Shown here piece by piece: positions 24,667 to 32,970 of a stretch of DNA of 34,292 nucleotides. The DNA is from Burkholderiales bacterium (GTDB lineage: Bacteria; Pseudomonadota; Gammaproteobacteria; Burkholderiales; SG8-39), in the NCBI GenBank assembly GCA_046263015.1, contig JBHELS010000251.1, positions 1 through 34,292 on the forward strand, written 5' to 3'. The position numbers were made by a program, and so were the translations under genes. Under the pieces are notes generated by a model that saw only the letters and a list, made by a program, of their open reading frames with translations, made no database searches and was not told the origin of the DNA. Position 1 is the stretch's first letter, and every line of letters begins with the position of its first letter.

Positions 24667-25656
24667 TTAGTCTTCGTCGGGCGCGCCGCCCGAGGCGACG
24701 ATGTCTTCCTGCTTCACCTTGTCGACGTTGAAGCGCTCGACCTTGCTGCGAATGGTGTTGATGAGATCGTCGAGCTCAGGCGCCTCTTTCATGAAGCGCA
24801 GGGGATTCGAGCGCGCGATGACGAACGACTTGAGATACGGGCTGACAAATCCCTTGGCCTTCAGCTTCTTCACCACCTCGTTCACGCGCTCATCGAGCTC
24901 GAGCAGCTTCTCCGATCTTTTCTCGTGGGCGCGCAGCGCTTTCGAAAGTGGCTCGTCCGTGAATTCGGTGAGGCGGCGCACGAAGGAGTGGTAGACGGCG
25001 CCGCTGAAGCGCGGACTTTTCTCGTAGCAAAGGCCCATTGTCACGAACGACGCTTCCTCCAGATAGAAGGAGACGTCCTTCTCCGTCTTCTGCGGATCCT
25101 CGTCGATCAGGCTGCGGTAGATGCGGATCACCTCGAGTGACTTGTCGCGCAGGTTGTGCGCCTTCTCGGTGTTGAGCGCGAGGATCTGCCACGCGATCTC
25201 GCGCTTCGGTACGACCAGCGCCGTGATCGCTTTCGCGCCGAGCCGCCGCATGGCTTCCAGGCGATGGCGCCCGTTCGGCGTCCAGAACCCTTTCTCCGGC
25301 GCGGTGACGGCGATGATCGGATCGAGGAACATGCCGGTGCGGTCAAGCACATCGGCGAGCCGCCGGTGATGCGCTTGCGAAAGATCGCGTTGAAACGGCG
25401 TTGGCTCGATCGCATCGATCGGCAACACGGCGGCGATCACCGGCTGTCTTCCGAGCGGGTCGTGATAGCAGCCGAGCACAAAGCCGCCTTCGTTTTCGAT
25501 GCGCGTTTTGACTTCGTTCGCATCGCCCGCGAGCGTATCGAGTCGACATTCACCGGCGCTCAAGCCGCGCGAGAGCGCCTTTGCTTTGCGCGGACGACGG
25601 CGCGGCGCGGCGCGCTTGAGCGCGCTCCTGCGGGCCGCGGGTTTAGCAGTGCCCAT
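24667..25656 (-). CDS. ParB/Srx-fold (ParB N-terminal domain) protein with basic N-terminal tail
   Basis: ORF 24667..25758. The start is uncertain (ATG 25656, 25674 or 25680). LPIDAIEPTPFQRDLSQAHHRRL and TPNGRHRLEAMRRLGAKAI are ParB/sulfiredoxin-type motifs. N-terminal tail AKPAARRSALKRAAPRRRPRKAK. Confidence 0.75.
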   Translation of the reverse strand: MGTAKPAARRSALKRAAPRRRPRKAKALSRGLSAGECRLDTLAGDANEVKTRIENEGGFVLGCYHDPLGRQPVIAAVLPIDAIEPTPFQRDLSQAHHRRLADVLDRTGMFLDPIIAVTAPEKGFWTPNGRHRLEAMRRLGAKAITALVVPKREIAWQILALNTEKAHNLRDKSLEVIRIYRSLIDEDPQKTEKDVSFYLEEASFVTMGLCYEKSPRFSGAVYHSFVRRLTEFTDEPLSKALRAHEKRSEKLLELDERVNEVVKKLKAKGFVSPYLKSFVIARSNPLRFMKEAPELDDLINTIRSKVERFNVDKVKQEDIVASGGAPDED

Positions 25657-25672
25657 GTGTATAAACGGAAGC

Positions 25673-25900
25673 ATGAGCATACCCACGCTGGAACGCAAAC
25701 GCTTCATGGTAGGCAAGTACGAGATCATTGCGCAGCCCGTTCCGAACTCCGCGCACATGCTTTGCTACAACGTATTCGTCGATGGCAACCGCATCGGTGC
25801 TCTTCTTTCGATGCCCACCGAATCCGATTGCCGGTTTCTCGAGAACCCGCCGCCGGTGCCCGGCCGGCCGAAGAAAAACCTGCCTTCGTCGAATCCCTAG
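25673..25900 (+). CDS. 75-aa hypothetical protein, divergent from the ParB-like gene
   Basis: ATG 25673 within ORF 25499..25900. MSIPTLERKRFMVGKYEIIAQPVPNSAHMLCYNVFVDGNRIGALLSMPTESDCRFLENPPPVPGRPKKNLPSSNP. Mostly G/C third positions. Weak GGAAG upstream. Confidence 0.45.
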   Translation: MSIPTLERKRFMVGKYEIIAQPVPNSAHMLCYNVFVDGNRIGALLSMPTESDCRFLENPPPVPGRPKKNLPSSNP

Positions 25901-25944
25901 TCGCTATTGTCGGCCCGCGCAGGGGCTCGCGGCTTCGAGCGAGT

Positions 25945-25963
25945 ATTACGTACTTGGTATGGA
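25945..25963 (+). repeat. REP-like element, copy 5 (1 mismatch)
   Basis: ATTACGTACTTGGTATGGA. It lies 9 nt from the pqiB-like stop codon (25973-25975). Confidence 0.7.
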
Positions 25964-25972
25964 TTTAGAGTC

Positions 25973-26839
25973 TTACTTCTCGGCCGGCAGGGGAATCTTC
26001 GGCGCCCAGCCGAGCCACTCCTTCTTCGGCTGATCGTAGAGGAAGAAGACGGTGCCGGGCTTCGCTCGCGCGGTGCCGGGCGGGGTTGCGAACTCGATGC
26101 CGCCGGTGATGAAGGAGCGCAGCGACTCGAGCTCGATCTGGATGCCCTTCAAGAGGCCCGCATTGACGTTGAGCCCGCTCACGTCCCAGAAGGACGAGCC
26201 CTCGCGAACCAGCGCCGCGAAGCGCGGAAAGATGACCACGTGCACGTCCGCCGAGAGCGCGTTCGGCGCAAGGTCGATCTTCTGCACCACGCCCACCTCG
26301 ACGCCGCGGTAATACACCGGCGCGTCGGCGCGCATTTTCGGATGCTCGGCGCGCAGCACGATCCTGAGACCGCCTTCGATGCTCGAAGGCGGCGTCTCGA
26401 GGCCGGTGAACTCGCTTTGCAGCGGCGCGCCCTCTTTCCCCGGAATCACGCTGATCTCGGGGCCGGAGAGCACCGTCGCGAGTCCCGTCACCTGACCGAA
26501 CCCGACGCGCGGTCGCACGATCCAGAACTGGCTGCCCTCGCGCGCCATGCCCTCGCCCGACTTCGTGAGCCGGATGCGGATCACCGCGTGCTTTTCATCC
26601 TTGGCGAGGGTCACGCCGGTCACCTCGCCCACCTGCACGCCGCGATAACGCACCGCCGTCTGCCCGGCGCGCAAGCCCGCGCCGTCGTTGAACGTGACAT
26701 AGATCTGCGGCCCATAGTCCTGCCAGCGATTGAAGATCAGGTAGGCCGCGACCGCGAGCGCCATCACGGGCACGATCCACACCAGGCGCAATACGCGCCG
26801 GCGCCGCACTCTCGCCTTCGGCAGGTCTTCGCCCGTCAT
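25973..26839 (-). CDS. PqiB/MlaD-family MCE-domain protein (two MCE domains)
   Basis: 288 aa. N-terminal TM LRLVWIVPVMALAVAAYLIF. Two MCE-like units (VRYRGVQVGEVTGV..., VYYRGVEVGVVQKI...). Its start overlaps the pqiA-like stop (ATGA). Confidence 0.85.
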   Translation of the reverse strand: MTGEDLPKARVRRRRVLRLVWIVPVMALAVAAYLIFNRWQDYGPQIYVTFNDGAGLRAGQTAVRYRGVQVGEVTGVTLAKDEKHAVIRIRLTKSGEGMAREGSQFWIVRPRVGFGQVTGLATVLSGPEISVIPGKEGAPLQSEFTGLETPPSSIEGGLRIVLRAEHPKMRADAPVYYRGVEVGVVQKIDLAPNALSADVHVVIFPRFAALVREGSSFWDVSGLNVNAGLLKGIQIELESLRSFITGGIEFATPPGTARAKPGTVFFLYDQPKKEWLGWAPKIPLPAEK

Positions 26840-27447
26840 CGCTCTCTATTCCAGATGAGCTTCGGGTCGAAGCTCTGTGAGGCAAGCATCGTCAGCACCA
26901 CGACGCAGGTGAAGGCGAGCAGCCCCGGGCCGGGTATCACCCGTCCCAGGTCGCCGAGCTTGACGAGCGCGACGAGCACCGCGAGGAGGAAGACATCGAG
27001 CATCGCCCACGGCCCGATGGCGTCGATGAACTTGTAGATGTGCGTGCGTCCGCGCAGGCGCCGGCCGCGGCCCCACTTGGCGCTCGCCACGAGAAACAGG
27101 AGCCCCAGGAGCTTGAAGAGCGGCACGACGATGCTCGCGAGGAACACCACCGCCGCGACGAAATACTCGTTGTATTGCATAAGGCTCACGACGCCGTCCC
27201 AGATGGTGTTCTCCGAGTACGTGCCGTAGATATTCATCATCAGGATCGGATAGATGTTCGCGGGCACATAAAGGACGAGCGCGGCGAGGGTCAGCGCAAG
27301 GGTAACGTCCGGCCCGCTCGCGGGCCGCTCCGTAATGGTCGACCCGCAGCGGATGCACTCCGCGCTCGTGCCCGGCGCCAGATCCGCCACCGCCTGCGCG
27401 AGGCCGCAGGTCTCGCACGCAAGGATGGTATCCGCGGTCTCGGCCAT
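26836..27447 (-). CDS. Paraquat-inducible protein A (PqiA) family, single-repeat half-size form
   Basis: 203 aa. Zinc-ribbon CETCG...CIRCG followed by four hydrophobic spans. This is half the length of the E. coli two-repeat PqiA. Confidence 0.85.
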   Translation of the reverse strand: MAETADTILACETCGLAQAVADLAPGTSAECIRCGSTITERPASGPDVTLALTLAALVLYVPANIYPILMMNIYGTYSENTIWDGVVSLMQYNEYFVAAVVFLASIVVPLFKLLGLLFLVASAKWGRGRRLRGRTHIYKFIDAIGPWAMLDVFLLAVLVALVKLGDLGRVIPGPGLLAFTCVVVLTMLASQSFDPKLIWNRER

Positions 27448-27522
27448 GGCCTTTTCGACCGTATCGCGGCCATAGGGGTTCCTGCTCTATAGTTCGCCCC
27501 TTTCCCCGGGGTGCCAGCGCCT

Positions 27523-28110
27523 ATGCTCCGTTTGCTCGTTCTTGTCGCGGCCTTGCTACTTGGCGGCTGCGGCTACAACCAGATCCAGTCCTCCGACGAG
27601 CAGGTGAAGGGGGCATGGTCCGAGGTGGTCAACCAGTACCAGCGCCGCGCCGACCTGATCCCGAACCTGGTGAACACCGTGAAAGGGTTTGCCCAGCAGG
27701 AAAAGGACGTGTTCATCGGCGTCACCGAGGCGCGTGCCAAGGCGACCTCGGTGCAGGTGACGCCGCAGACGGTGGACGACCCCGAGGCTTTCCAGCGCTT
27801 CGTGCAGGCACAGCGCGAGGTCACCGGCGCCCTTTCGCGCCTCCTCGCCGTGGCCGAGAACTACCCGCAGATCAAGTCCGACGCCAACTTCCGCGAGCTG
27901 CAGGCGCAGCTCGAAGGCACCGAGAACCGCATCGCGGTCGCACGCCAGCGGTTCATCAAGTCGACGCAGGAGTACAACACCCTCGTACGGCAATTCCCCA
28001 CAAACCTCACGGCGATGGCCTTCGGCTACAAGCCGAAGCCGCAGTTCACCGTCGAGGACGAGAAAGCGATCGCCAAGCCCCCGACGGTCGACTTCGGCAC
28101 CAAGAAATGA
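27523..28110 (+). CDS. lemA: LemA family protein
   Basis: ATG 27523 (GTG 27511 is possible). Lipobox/anchor LLLGGCGYNQIQ. VKGAWSEVVNQYQRRADLIPNLVNTVKG is the LemA signature region. Confidence 0.9.
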   Translation: MLRLLVLVAALLLGGCGYNQIQSSDEQVKGAWSEVVNQYQRRADLIPNLVNTVKGFAQQEKDVFIGVTEARAKATSVQVTPQTVDDPEAFQRFVQAQREVTGALSRLLAVAENYPQIKSDANFRELQAQLEGTENRIAVARQRFIKSTQEYNTLVRQFPTNLTAMAFGYKPKPQFTVEDEKAIAKPPTVDFGTKK

Positions 28111-29033
28111 TTTCGCTTTGCCCCCCTGTTAAGGGGGGCGTGAGCCGCAGGCGAACGGGGGGTTTTGCTTTCCTGCTTCTCCTCTCGCTCTTCATCTCGT
28201 TCATGGCGCGGGCCGCTGATATTCCACCGCTCAAGGCGCGCGTCACCGACCTCACCAGCACGCTTTCGGGCGAGCAGCGCTCGGCGCTCGAGCAGACCCT
28301 CGCGGAGTTCGAGCGTCGCAAAGGCGCGCAGCTCGTCGTCCTCATGGTCGCGAGCACCACGCCCGAGACGGTCGAGCAATACGCCGTGCGCGTCGAGGAA
28401 GCGTGGAAGCTCGGCCGCAAAGGCGTCGACGATAGTCTTCTGCTGGTCATCGCGAAGAACGACCGTCGCCTGCATATCGAAGTGGGCTACGGCCTCGAGG
28501 GCGTGGTGCCCGACGCGGTGGCAAAGCGCGTGATCGAGGACGACATCGTGCCGCGCTTTCGCCAGAACGATTACTACGGCGGCATCCGCGCCGGCATGGA
28601 TCGGCTGATGCGTTTGGTCGAGGGCGAGAAGCTGCCGCCGCCGATTGCGCGCAACGCTCATCCGCACGACGAGCGCCTGCCGCTCGAGTGGCTGCTGCCG
28701 CTTGCGTTCCTCGCGCTCTTCTTCGGCAGGGCGCTGCGCGCGCTCTTCGGCCATGCGGCCGGCGCGAGCGTGACGGGCGCGCTTGCCGGCGTCCTCGGTT
28801 GGGCGATCTTCGGCACGCTCGTGGCGGCCATTGCGCTCGCGGTGCTCGGCCTCTTTCTGGGCCTCGTCACGGGCGCCGTGCCCTCCAGCCGCCGGCGCTT
28901 CGGCGGCGGCTGGTCTTCGGGCGGCTTCGGCGGCTGGGGCGGCGGCTTCGGCGGCGGCGGCTTCGGGGGCGGGGGCGGCTTCGGTGGCGGCGGCGGCTCT
29001 TCCGGCGGCGGCGGCGCGAGCGGATCGTGGTGA
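28107..29033 (+). CDS. TPM-domain protein (YgcG-like) with TM segments and Gly/Phe-rich tail
   Basis: ATG 28107 overlaps the LemA stop (ATGA). VTDLTSTLSGEQRSALEQTLAEFERRKGAQLVV...RRLHIEVGYGLEG is a TPM domain. C-terminal tail GGFGGWGGGFGGGGFGGGGGFGGGGG. Confidence 0.85.
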   Translation: MISLCPPVKGGVSRRRTGGFAFLLLLSLFISFMARAADIPPLKARVTDLTSTLSGEQRSALEQTLAEFERRKGAQLVVLMVASTTPETVEQYAVRVEEAWKLGRKGVDDSLLLVIAKNDRRLHIEVGYGLEGVVPDAVAKRVIEDDIVPRFRQNDYYGGIRAGMDRLMRLVEGEKLPPPIARNAHPHDERLPLEWLLPLAFLALFFGRALRALFGHAAGASVTGALAGVLGWAIFGTLVAAIALAVLGLFLGLVTGAVPSSRRRFGGGWSSGGFGGWGGGFGGGGFGGGGGFGGGGGSSGGGGASGSW

Positions 29034-29515
29034 GGCGCGCTCTAAAGCATCTCTTCACGCCGAGCTGGCTCACGCAGCGGCCGTTCGGCGCGGCGACCTT
29101 GCGCGCGATCGAGCGCGCGATCGAGGACTCGGAGCGGCGCCACCGCGGCGAAATCCGCTTCGCCATCGAGGGGCCGCTGCATCCCGCGCACCTGCGCCTC
29201 TCGCCGCGCAGCCGCGCGCGCCAAGTGTTCTCGCTCCTCGAAGTCTGGGACACCGAGGAGAACACCGGCGTCCTCCTCTATGTCCAGCTGGTCGATCGCG
29301 CGATCGAGATCGTCGCCGACCGCGGCATCGCCCAGCGCGTGCCGCAAGCCGACTGGGAGCACATCTGCCGTGCGATGGAGCGCGCTTTCAAGGCGCGCCA
29401 ATACGAGGAAGGCGCGCTCGGCGCGATCTCGGCCGTGACCGAGATCCTGGCGCGCGAGTTTCCCGCCGGCGCCGCGAATCCGAACGAGTTGCCCGATAAG
29501 CCGGCCCTCCTATGA
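29030..29515 (+). CDS. TPM-domain protein (second, cytoplasmic-type)
   Basis: GTG 29030 (or 29027) overlaps the previous stop (GTGA). ERRHRGEIRFAIEG...NTGVLLYVQLVDRAIEIVADRGI. Confidence 0.75.
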   Translation: MRRALKHLFTPSWLTQRPFGAATLRAIERAIEDSERRHRGEIRFAIEGPLHPAHLRLSPRSRARQVFSLLEVWDTEENTGVLLYVQLVDRAIEIVADRGIAQRVPQADWEHICRAMERAFKARQYEEGALGAISAVTEILAREFPAGAANPNELPDKPALL

Positions 29516-30198
29516 GATACGAGCTCTATTACTGGCCCACGATCCAGGGCCGCGGCGAATTCATCCGCCTCGCGCTGGAAGACGCGGGCGCCGACTATGT
29601 CGATGTCGCGCGAAGGCCCAAAGGCATGGAGGCGATGCTGCGCCTGATGAAAAGCGAGGCGCTGCGCAAGCCGCCCTTTGCGCCGCCTTTCCTGCGCGCG
29701 GGCGAGCTGGTGATCGCACAAACCGCGCTCATTCTGTATTGGCTCGCGCCGCGGCTCGGACTGGCGCCGAGGAGCGAGCCGGCGCGCCTGTGGCTCCATC
29801 AGCAGCAGCTCACGGTGAGCGACTGGCTCACCGAACTGCACGACACGCATCACCCGATCGCAAGCGGGCTCTACTACGAAGAGCAAAAAAGCGAAGCGCT
29901 CCGCCGCGCCGCCGATTTCCGCGCCAACCGACTGCCGAAATTCATGGATTACTTCGAGCGCCTCGAGCGCGGCAAGCCGGTCAGCTATGTCGAGCTCTCG
30001 CTCTTCCAGGTGATCGAGGGACTGCGCTACGCGTTCCCGAACGCCATGGCGAAGCTCGAGCCGAAGTATCCGAACCTCGTCGGCGTGCACGAGCGCGTCG
30101 GCGCGCGCCCGCGCCTTGCGACCTATCTGCGCTCGAAGCGCCGCATCGCTTTCAACGCGCAGGGCCTCTTCCGCCACTATCCCGAGCTCGACCGATAA
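29512..30198 (+). CDS. Glutathione S-transferase family protein
   Basis: ATG 29512 overlaps the previous stop (ATGA). MRYELYYWPTIQGRGEFIRLALEDAGADY start and C-terminal GLFRHYPELD are typical of a bacterial GST subfamily. Confidence 0.8.
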   Translation: MRYELYYWPTIQGRGEFIRLALEDAGADYVDVARRPKGMEAMLRLMKSEALRKPPFAPPFLRAGELVIAQTALILYWLAPRLGLAPRSEPARLWLHQQQLTVSDWLTELHDTHHPIASGLYYEEQKSEALRRAADFRANRLPKFMDYFERLERGKPVSYVELSLFQVIEGLRYAFPNAMAKLEPKYPNLVGVHERVGARPRLATYLRSKRRIAFNAQGLFRHYPELDR

Positions 30199-30210
30199 AT
30201 TGGGGGCGGA

Positions 30211-31422
30211 TTGAGCTCGACTGCTGCTTCCTTTCCGGCGCTGCGCGAGCCGGTGTTCCGCCGCTATTTCGCCGGCGCGGCGTCGCTCATGATGGCGGAC
30301 TCCATCGAGCACGTCATCAGCTACTGGATGATGTGGCAGAAGTTTCAATCGCCGGCGCTCGCGGGCTTCGCCGTCATCTCGCACTGGGTGCCGTTTCTCT
30401 TCTTCTCCGTGTGGTCAGGCGGCCTCGCCGATCGCCGCGACCCGCGCCGCATCATCCAGCTCGGCATGGCAGTTTTCATGGCCGTGTCGATCGGTTGGGG
30501 GGTGCTTTTTCTCGCCGATGCGCTCCAGATGTGGCATGCAGCCGCGCTTCTCATCCTCCACGGCCTCGCGGGCGTCCTCTGGGGCCCGGCCGCGCAGGTC
30601 TACATTCACGACATCGTCGAGCGCGAGGCGCTCGCGAGCGCCGTGCGGCTCTCGGCCACCGCGCGTTGGCTCGGGCTGCTGATGGGACCGGCGGTCGGCG
30701 GCGTCATCCTTCTCGCGCTCGGACCCGCTTGGGGCATCCTCTTCAACGCTGCGCTTTATCTTCCGTTCATCCTCTGGCTATGGAAGGCGCCTTATCGCCA
30801 TCGGCATGCGGCGGCGGCCTTGCGCGGCTTTGCCGACGTTGTCGCCACCTGGCGCGCCGTGCGCGAGAACCGCGTCCTCGTTTCCATGGTGGCGCTCGTC
30901 GGCGGCGCCTCCTTCATCGTCGGCAACGCCTACCAGGCGCAGATGCCCGAATTCGCGCACGACCTCGCGGATGGCGACGGCGGCTTCACCTACAGCGCGC
31001 TCTTTGGCGCCGACGCCGCGGGCGCGCTGTGTGCGGGACTCGCACTCGAAGCGCGCGGACTGCTGCCGCCCCGGGCGCGCACGGCGTTCTTGCTCGCGGC
31101 GGGCTGGTGCCTGGCGATCGGCAGCTTCGCCGCGATGAAGAGCTATCCACTCGCGCTCCTCGTTCTCTTCTGCGCCGGCTTTCTCGAGCTCTCCTTCTAC
31201 GCGATGGCGCAGGCGCTCGTGCAGATGAACGCACCCGAGGCGATGCGCGGTCGCGTGATCGGTCTCTTCAGTATGTCGGCGCTCGGCCTTCGTTCGTTCA
31301 GCGGCGTGACCGTCGGCCTGGTTGGCAGCCTGATCGGCATACACTTGTCGCTCGCCCTCGCCGCCGCGCTTCTACTCGCCTTTATCCTCCTCACGCTATG
31401 GAAAATGCTGCCCGGACGATGA
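30211..31422 (+). CDS. MFS transporter
   Basis: 403-aa ORF with a TTG start 12 nt after the GST stop and GGGGGCGGA in the gap. About 12 hydrophobic spans. GGLADRRDPRR loop motif. Confidence 0.85.
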   Translation: MSSTAASFPALREPVFRRYFAGAASLMMADSIEHVISYWMMWQKFQSPALAGFAVISHWVPFLFFSVWSGGLADRRDPRRIIQLGMAVFMAVSIGWGVLFLADALQMWHAAALLILHGLAGVLWGPAAQVYIHDIVEREALASAVRLSATARWLGLLMGPAVGGVILLALGPAWGILFNAALYLPFILWLWKAPYRHRHAAAALRGFADVVATWRAVRENRVLVSMVALVGGASFIVGNAYQAQMPEFAHDLADGDGGFTYSALFGADAAGALCAGLALEARGLLPPRARTAFLLAAGWCLAIGSFAAMKSYPLALLVLFCAGFLELSFYAMAQALVQMNAPEAMRGRVIGLFSMSALGLRSFSGVTVGLVGSLIGIHLSLALAAALLLAFILLTLWKMLPGR

Positions 31423-31745
31423 GAGACGCGAGCTACTTCCTCGTGGTGCGCTTTTGGATCGCGCCCGGCGCCGAGCCGCAGGTATCGCGCTGGCTCGAGG
31501 GCGGCCACATGGCCGAGGTCGTGCGCCAGCCCGGGTTCCTCTGGGTGCGGCGCCTGAAGCTTGCCGAGCGCGACCCCTCCGGCTGGAGTGCGCACGCCAT
31601 GCTCTACGGCATCGACTCGCGCGCCGCCTACGACACCTACATGGCAAATAGCGCGCTGCACGCGCGCTTCAAAAAGGAGCGCGAGCCGTTCGAGGCCAAG
31701 ATGCGCATCGAGCGCTTTGCGGGCGAGGTCGACTACGCGCTATGA
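31419..31745 (+). CDS. Small dimeric alpha/beta-barrel-like (DUF4286/ABM-like) protein
   Basis: ATG 31419 overlaps the MFS stop (ATGA). This is only the last 108 codons of the 668-aa ORF 29739..31745. YFLVVRFWIAPGAEPQVSRWLEGGHMAEVVRQPGF pattern. Confidence 0.6.
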   Translation: MRDASYFLVVRFWIAPGAEPQVSRWLEGGHMAEVVRQPGFLWVRRLKLAERDPSGWSAHAMLYGIDSRAAYDTYMANSALHARFKKEREPFEAKMRIERFAGEVDYAL

Positions 31746-32119
31746 AGATCGATTGGAACGTCGGCTTGGTCTCGCACCTTGGCATCGAGTTCGTCGAAGT
31801 CACCGCCGATCGCGTGCGCGCGCGTCTGCAAGTGAGCGACAGGCTCCTCACCACCACGGGTGTCGTGCACGGCGGCACGCTCATGGCTTTCGCCGATACC
31901 ATCGGTGCCGCGGGCACCGTCGCGAACTTGGGCGAGGGCCAGCGTACCGCCACGCTCGAATCCAAAACCAACTTCATCGCCGGCTGCAAGTCCGGATGGG
32001 TGACCGCGGAGGCGACACCGATCCACAAGGGCAAGCGCACGCACGTCTGGGAGACACGCATCACCGACGAAGCGGGCAAGCTCCTTTCGGTCACCACGCA
32101 GACGCAGATCATCCTGTGA
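31742..32119 (+). CDS. PaaI-family hotdog-fold thioesterase
   Basis: ATG 31742 overlaps the previous stop (ATGA). GVVHGGTLMAFADTIGAAG and KGKRTHVWETRITDE motifs. Confidence 0.85.
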   Translation: MKIDWNVGLVSHLGIEFVEVTADRVRARLQVSDRLLTTTGVVHGGTLMAFADTIGAAGTVANLGEGQRTATLESKTNFIAGCKSGWVTAEATPIHKGKRTHVWETRITDEAGKLLSVTTQTQIIL

Positions 32120-32970
32120 GGCGGCTCGCCGCCGTCCTCCTTCTCCTACCCACCATGGCCATCGCTCTCGACGTTCAAGGTCACCGCGGCGCCCGCGGCT
32201 ACCTGCCGGAGAACACGCTGCCCGCGTTCAAGCGCGCGCTGGAATTGGGCGTGACCACGCTCGAGCTCGACACCGGCATCACGCGGGACGGCGTCGTCGT
32301 CGTGCATCATGATCGCCGCCTTAATCCCGACGTCGCGCGCGGCCCCGACGGCCAATGGCTCACGGCCCCGGCGCCGACGATCTACTCGCTCACGTTTGCC
32401 GATCTGCAGCGCTACGACGTTGGCCGCCTCCGCCCGGGAAGCGACTACGCCCGTCGCTTCCCCGAGCAGCAGCCGCTCGACGGCACGCGCGTCCCGCGCC
32501 TTGCGGATCTCTTCGCACTCGCCCGGTCGAGCGAGGTGCGCTTCAACATCGAGACCAAGCTCCTGCCGACGCACGCGGACGAGACGGTGGGCCCGAAGGA
32601 ATTCGCGCACGCGCTCGTCGCGGAAATCCGCAACGCCGGGCTCGAACGCCGCACGACCATCCAGTCGTTCGACTATCGAACGCTCAAGATCGTCGAGGGC
32701 GAGGCGCCAGAAATAGAAACGGTCTACCTCACCGAGGCCGAAGATTCCGTGCCGTCGAAGGTGCACGGCGTCGGCGGCAAGATCTGGTCGCCCGATTACC
32801 GCGCGCTCGGCAAAGCGACGGTCGACGAGGCGCATCGTCTCGGTCTTCGCGTCGTCGTCTGGACGGTGAACGAGCCCGCCGATATCACGCGCATGATCGA
32901 GTGGCGTGTCGACGGCATCATCAGCGACTATCCCGATCGCGTGCTGCACGCCCTGAAAGCCCGCCCATGA
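32116..32970 (+). CDS. Glycerophosphodiester phosphodiesterase (GDPD family), exported
   Basis: GTG 32116 overlaps the previous stop (GTGA). Leader VRRLAAVLLLLPTMAIA. QGHRGARGYLPENTLPAF, ELD and HHD motifs. VVVWTVNE. Confidence 0.85.
   Translation: MRRLAAVLLLLPTMAIALDVQGHRGARGYLPENTLPAFKRALELGVTTLELDTGITRDGVVVVHHDRRLNPDVARGPDGQWLTAPAPTIYSLTFADLQRYDVGRLRPGSDYARRFPEQQPLDGTRVPRLADLFALARSSEVRFNIETKLLPTHADETVGPKEFAHALVAEIRNAGLERRTTIQSFDYRTLKIVEGEAPEIETVYLTEAEDSVPSKVHGVGGKIWSPDYRALGKATVDEAHRLGLRVVVWTVNEPADITRMIEWRVDGIISDYPDRVLHALKARP

Noticed and set aside
25156-27037. ORFs 25156..25968 (+) and 25907..27037 (+)
   Set aside because: They are antisense shadows of the ParB-like and PqiB/PqiA genes, with Arg/His/Ala-rich composition and no RBS.
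28890-29030. GGC/TTC-rich repetitive DNA that could be mistaken for a tandem repeat or array
   Set aside because: It is in frame with the TPM-domain gene and encodes the Gly/Phe-rich tail usual for YgcG-like proteins. There is no spacer-repeat structure.
29278-31418. Very long ORFs 29739..31745 (+, 668 aa) and 29278..30384 (-, 368 aa)
   Set aside because: Both are Arg/Ala/Pro-rich off-frame or antisense readings across the GST and MFS genes, typical of high-GC DNA. Only the last 108 codons of the 668-aa ORF (31419-31745) look like a real protein.
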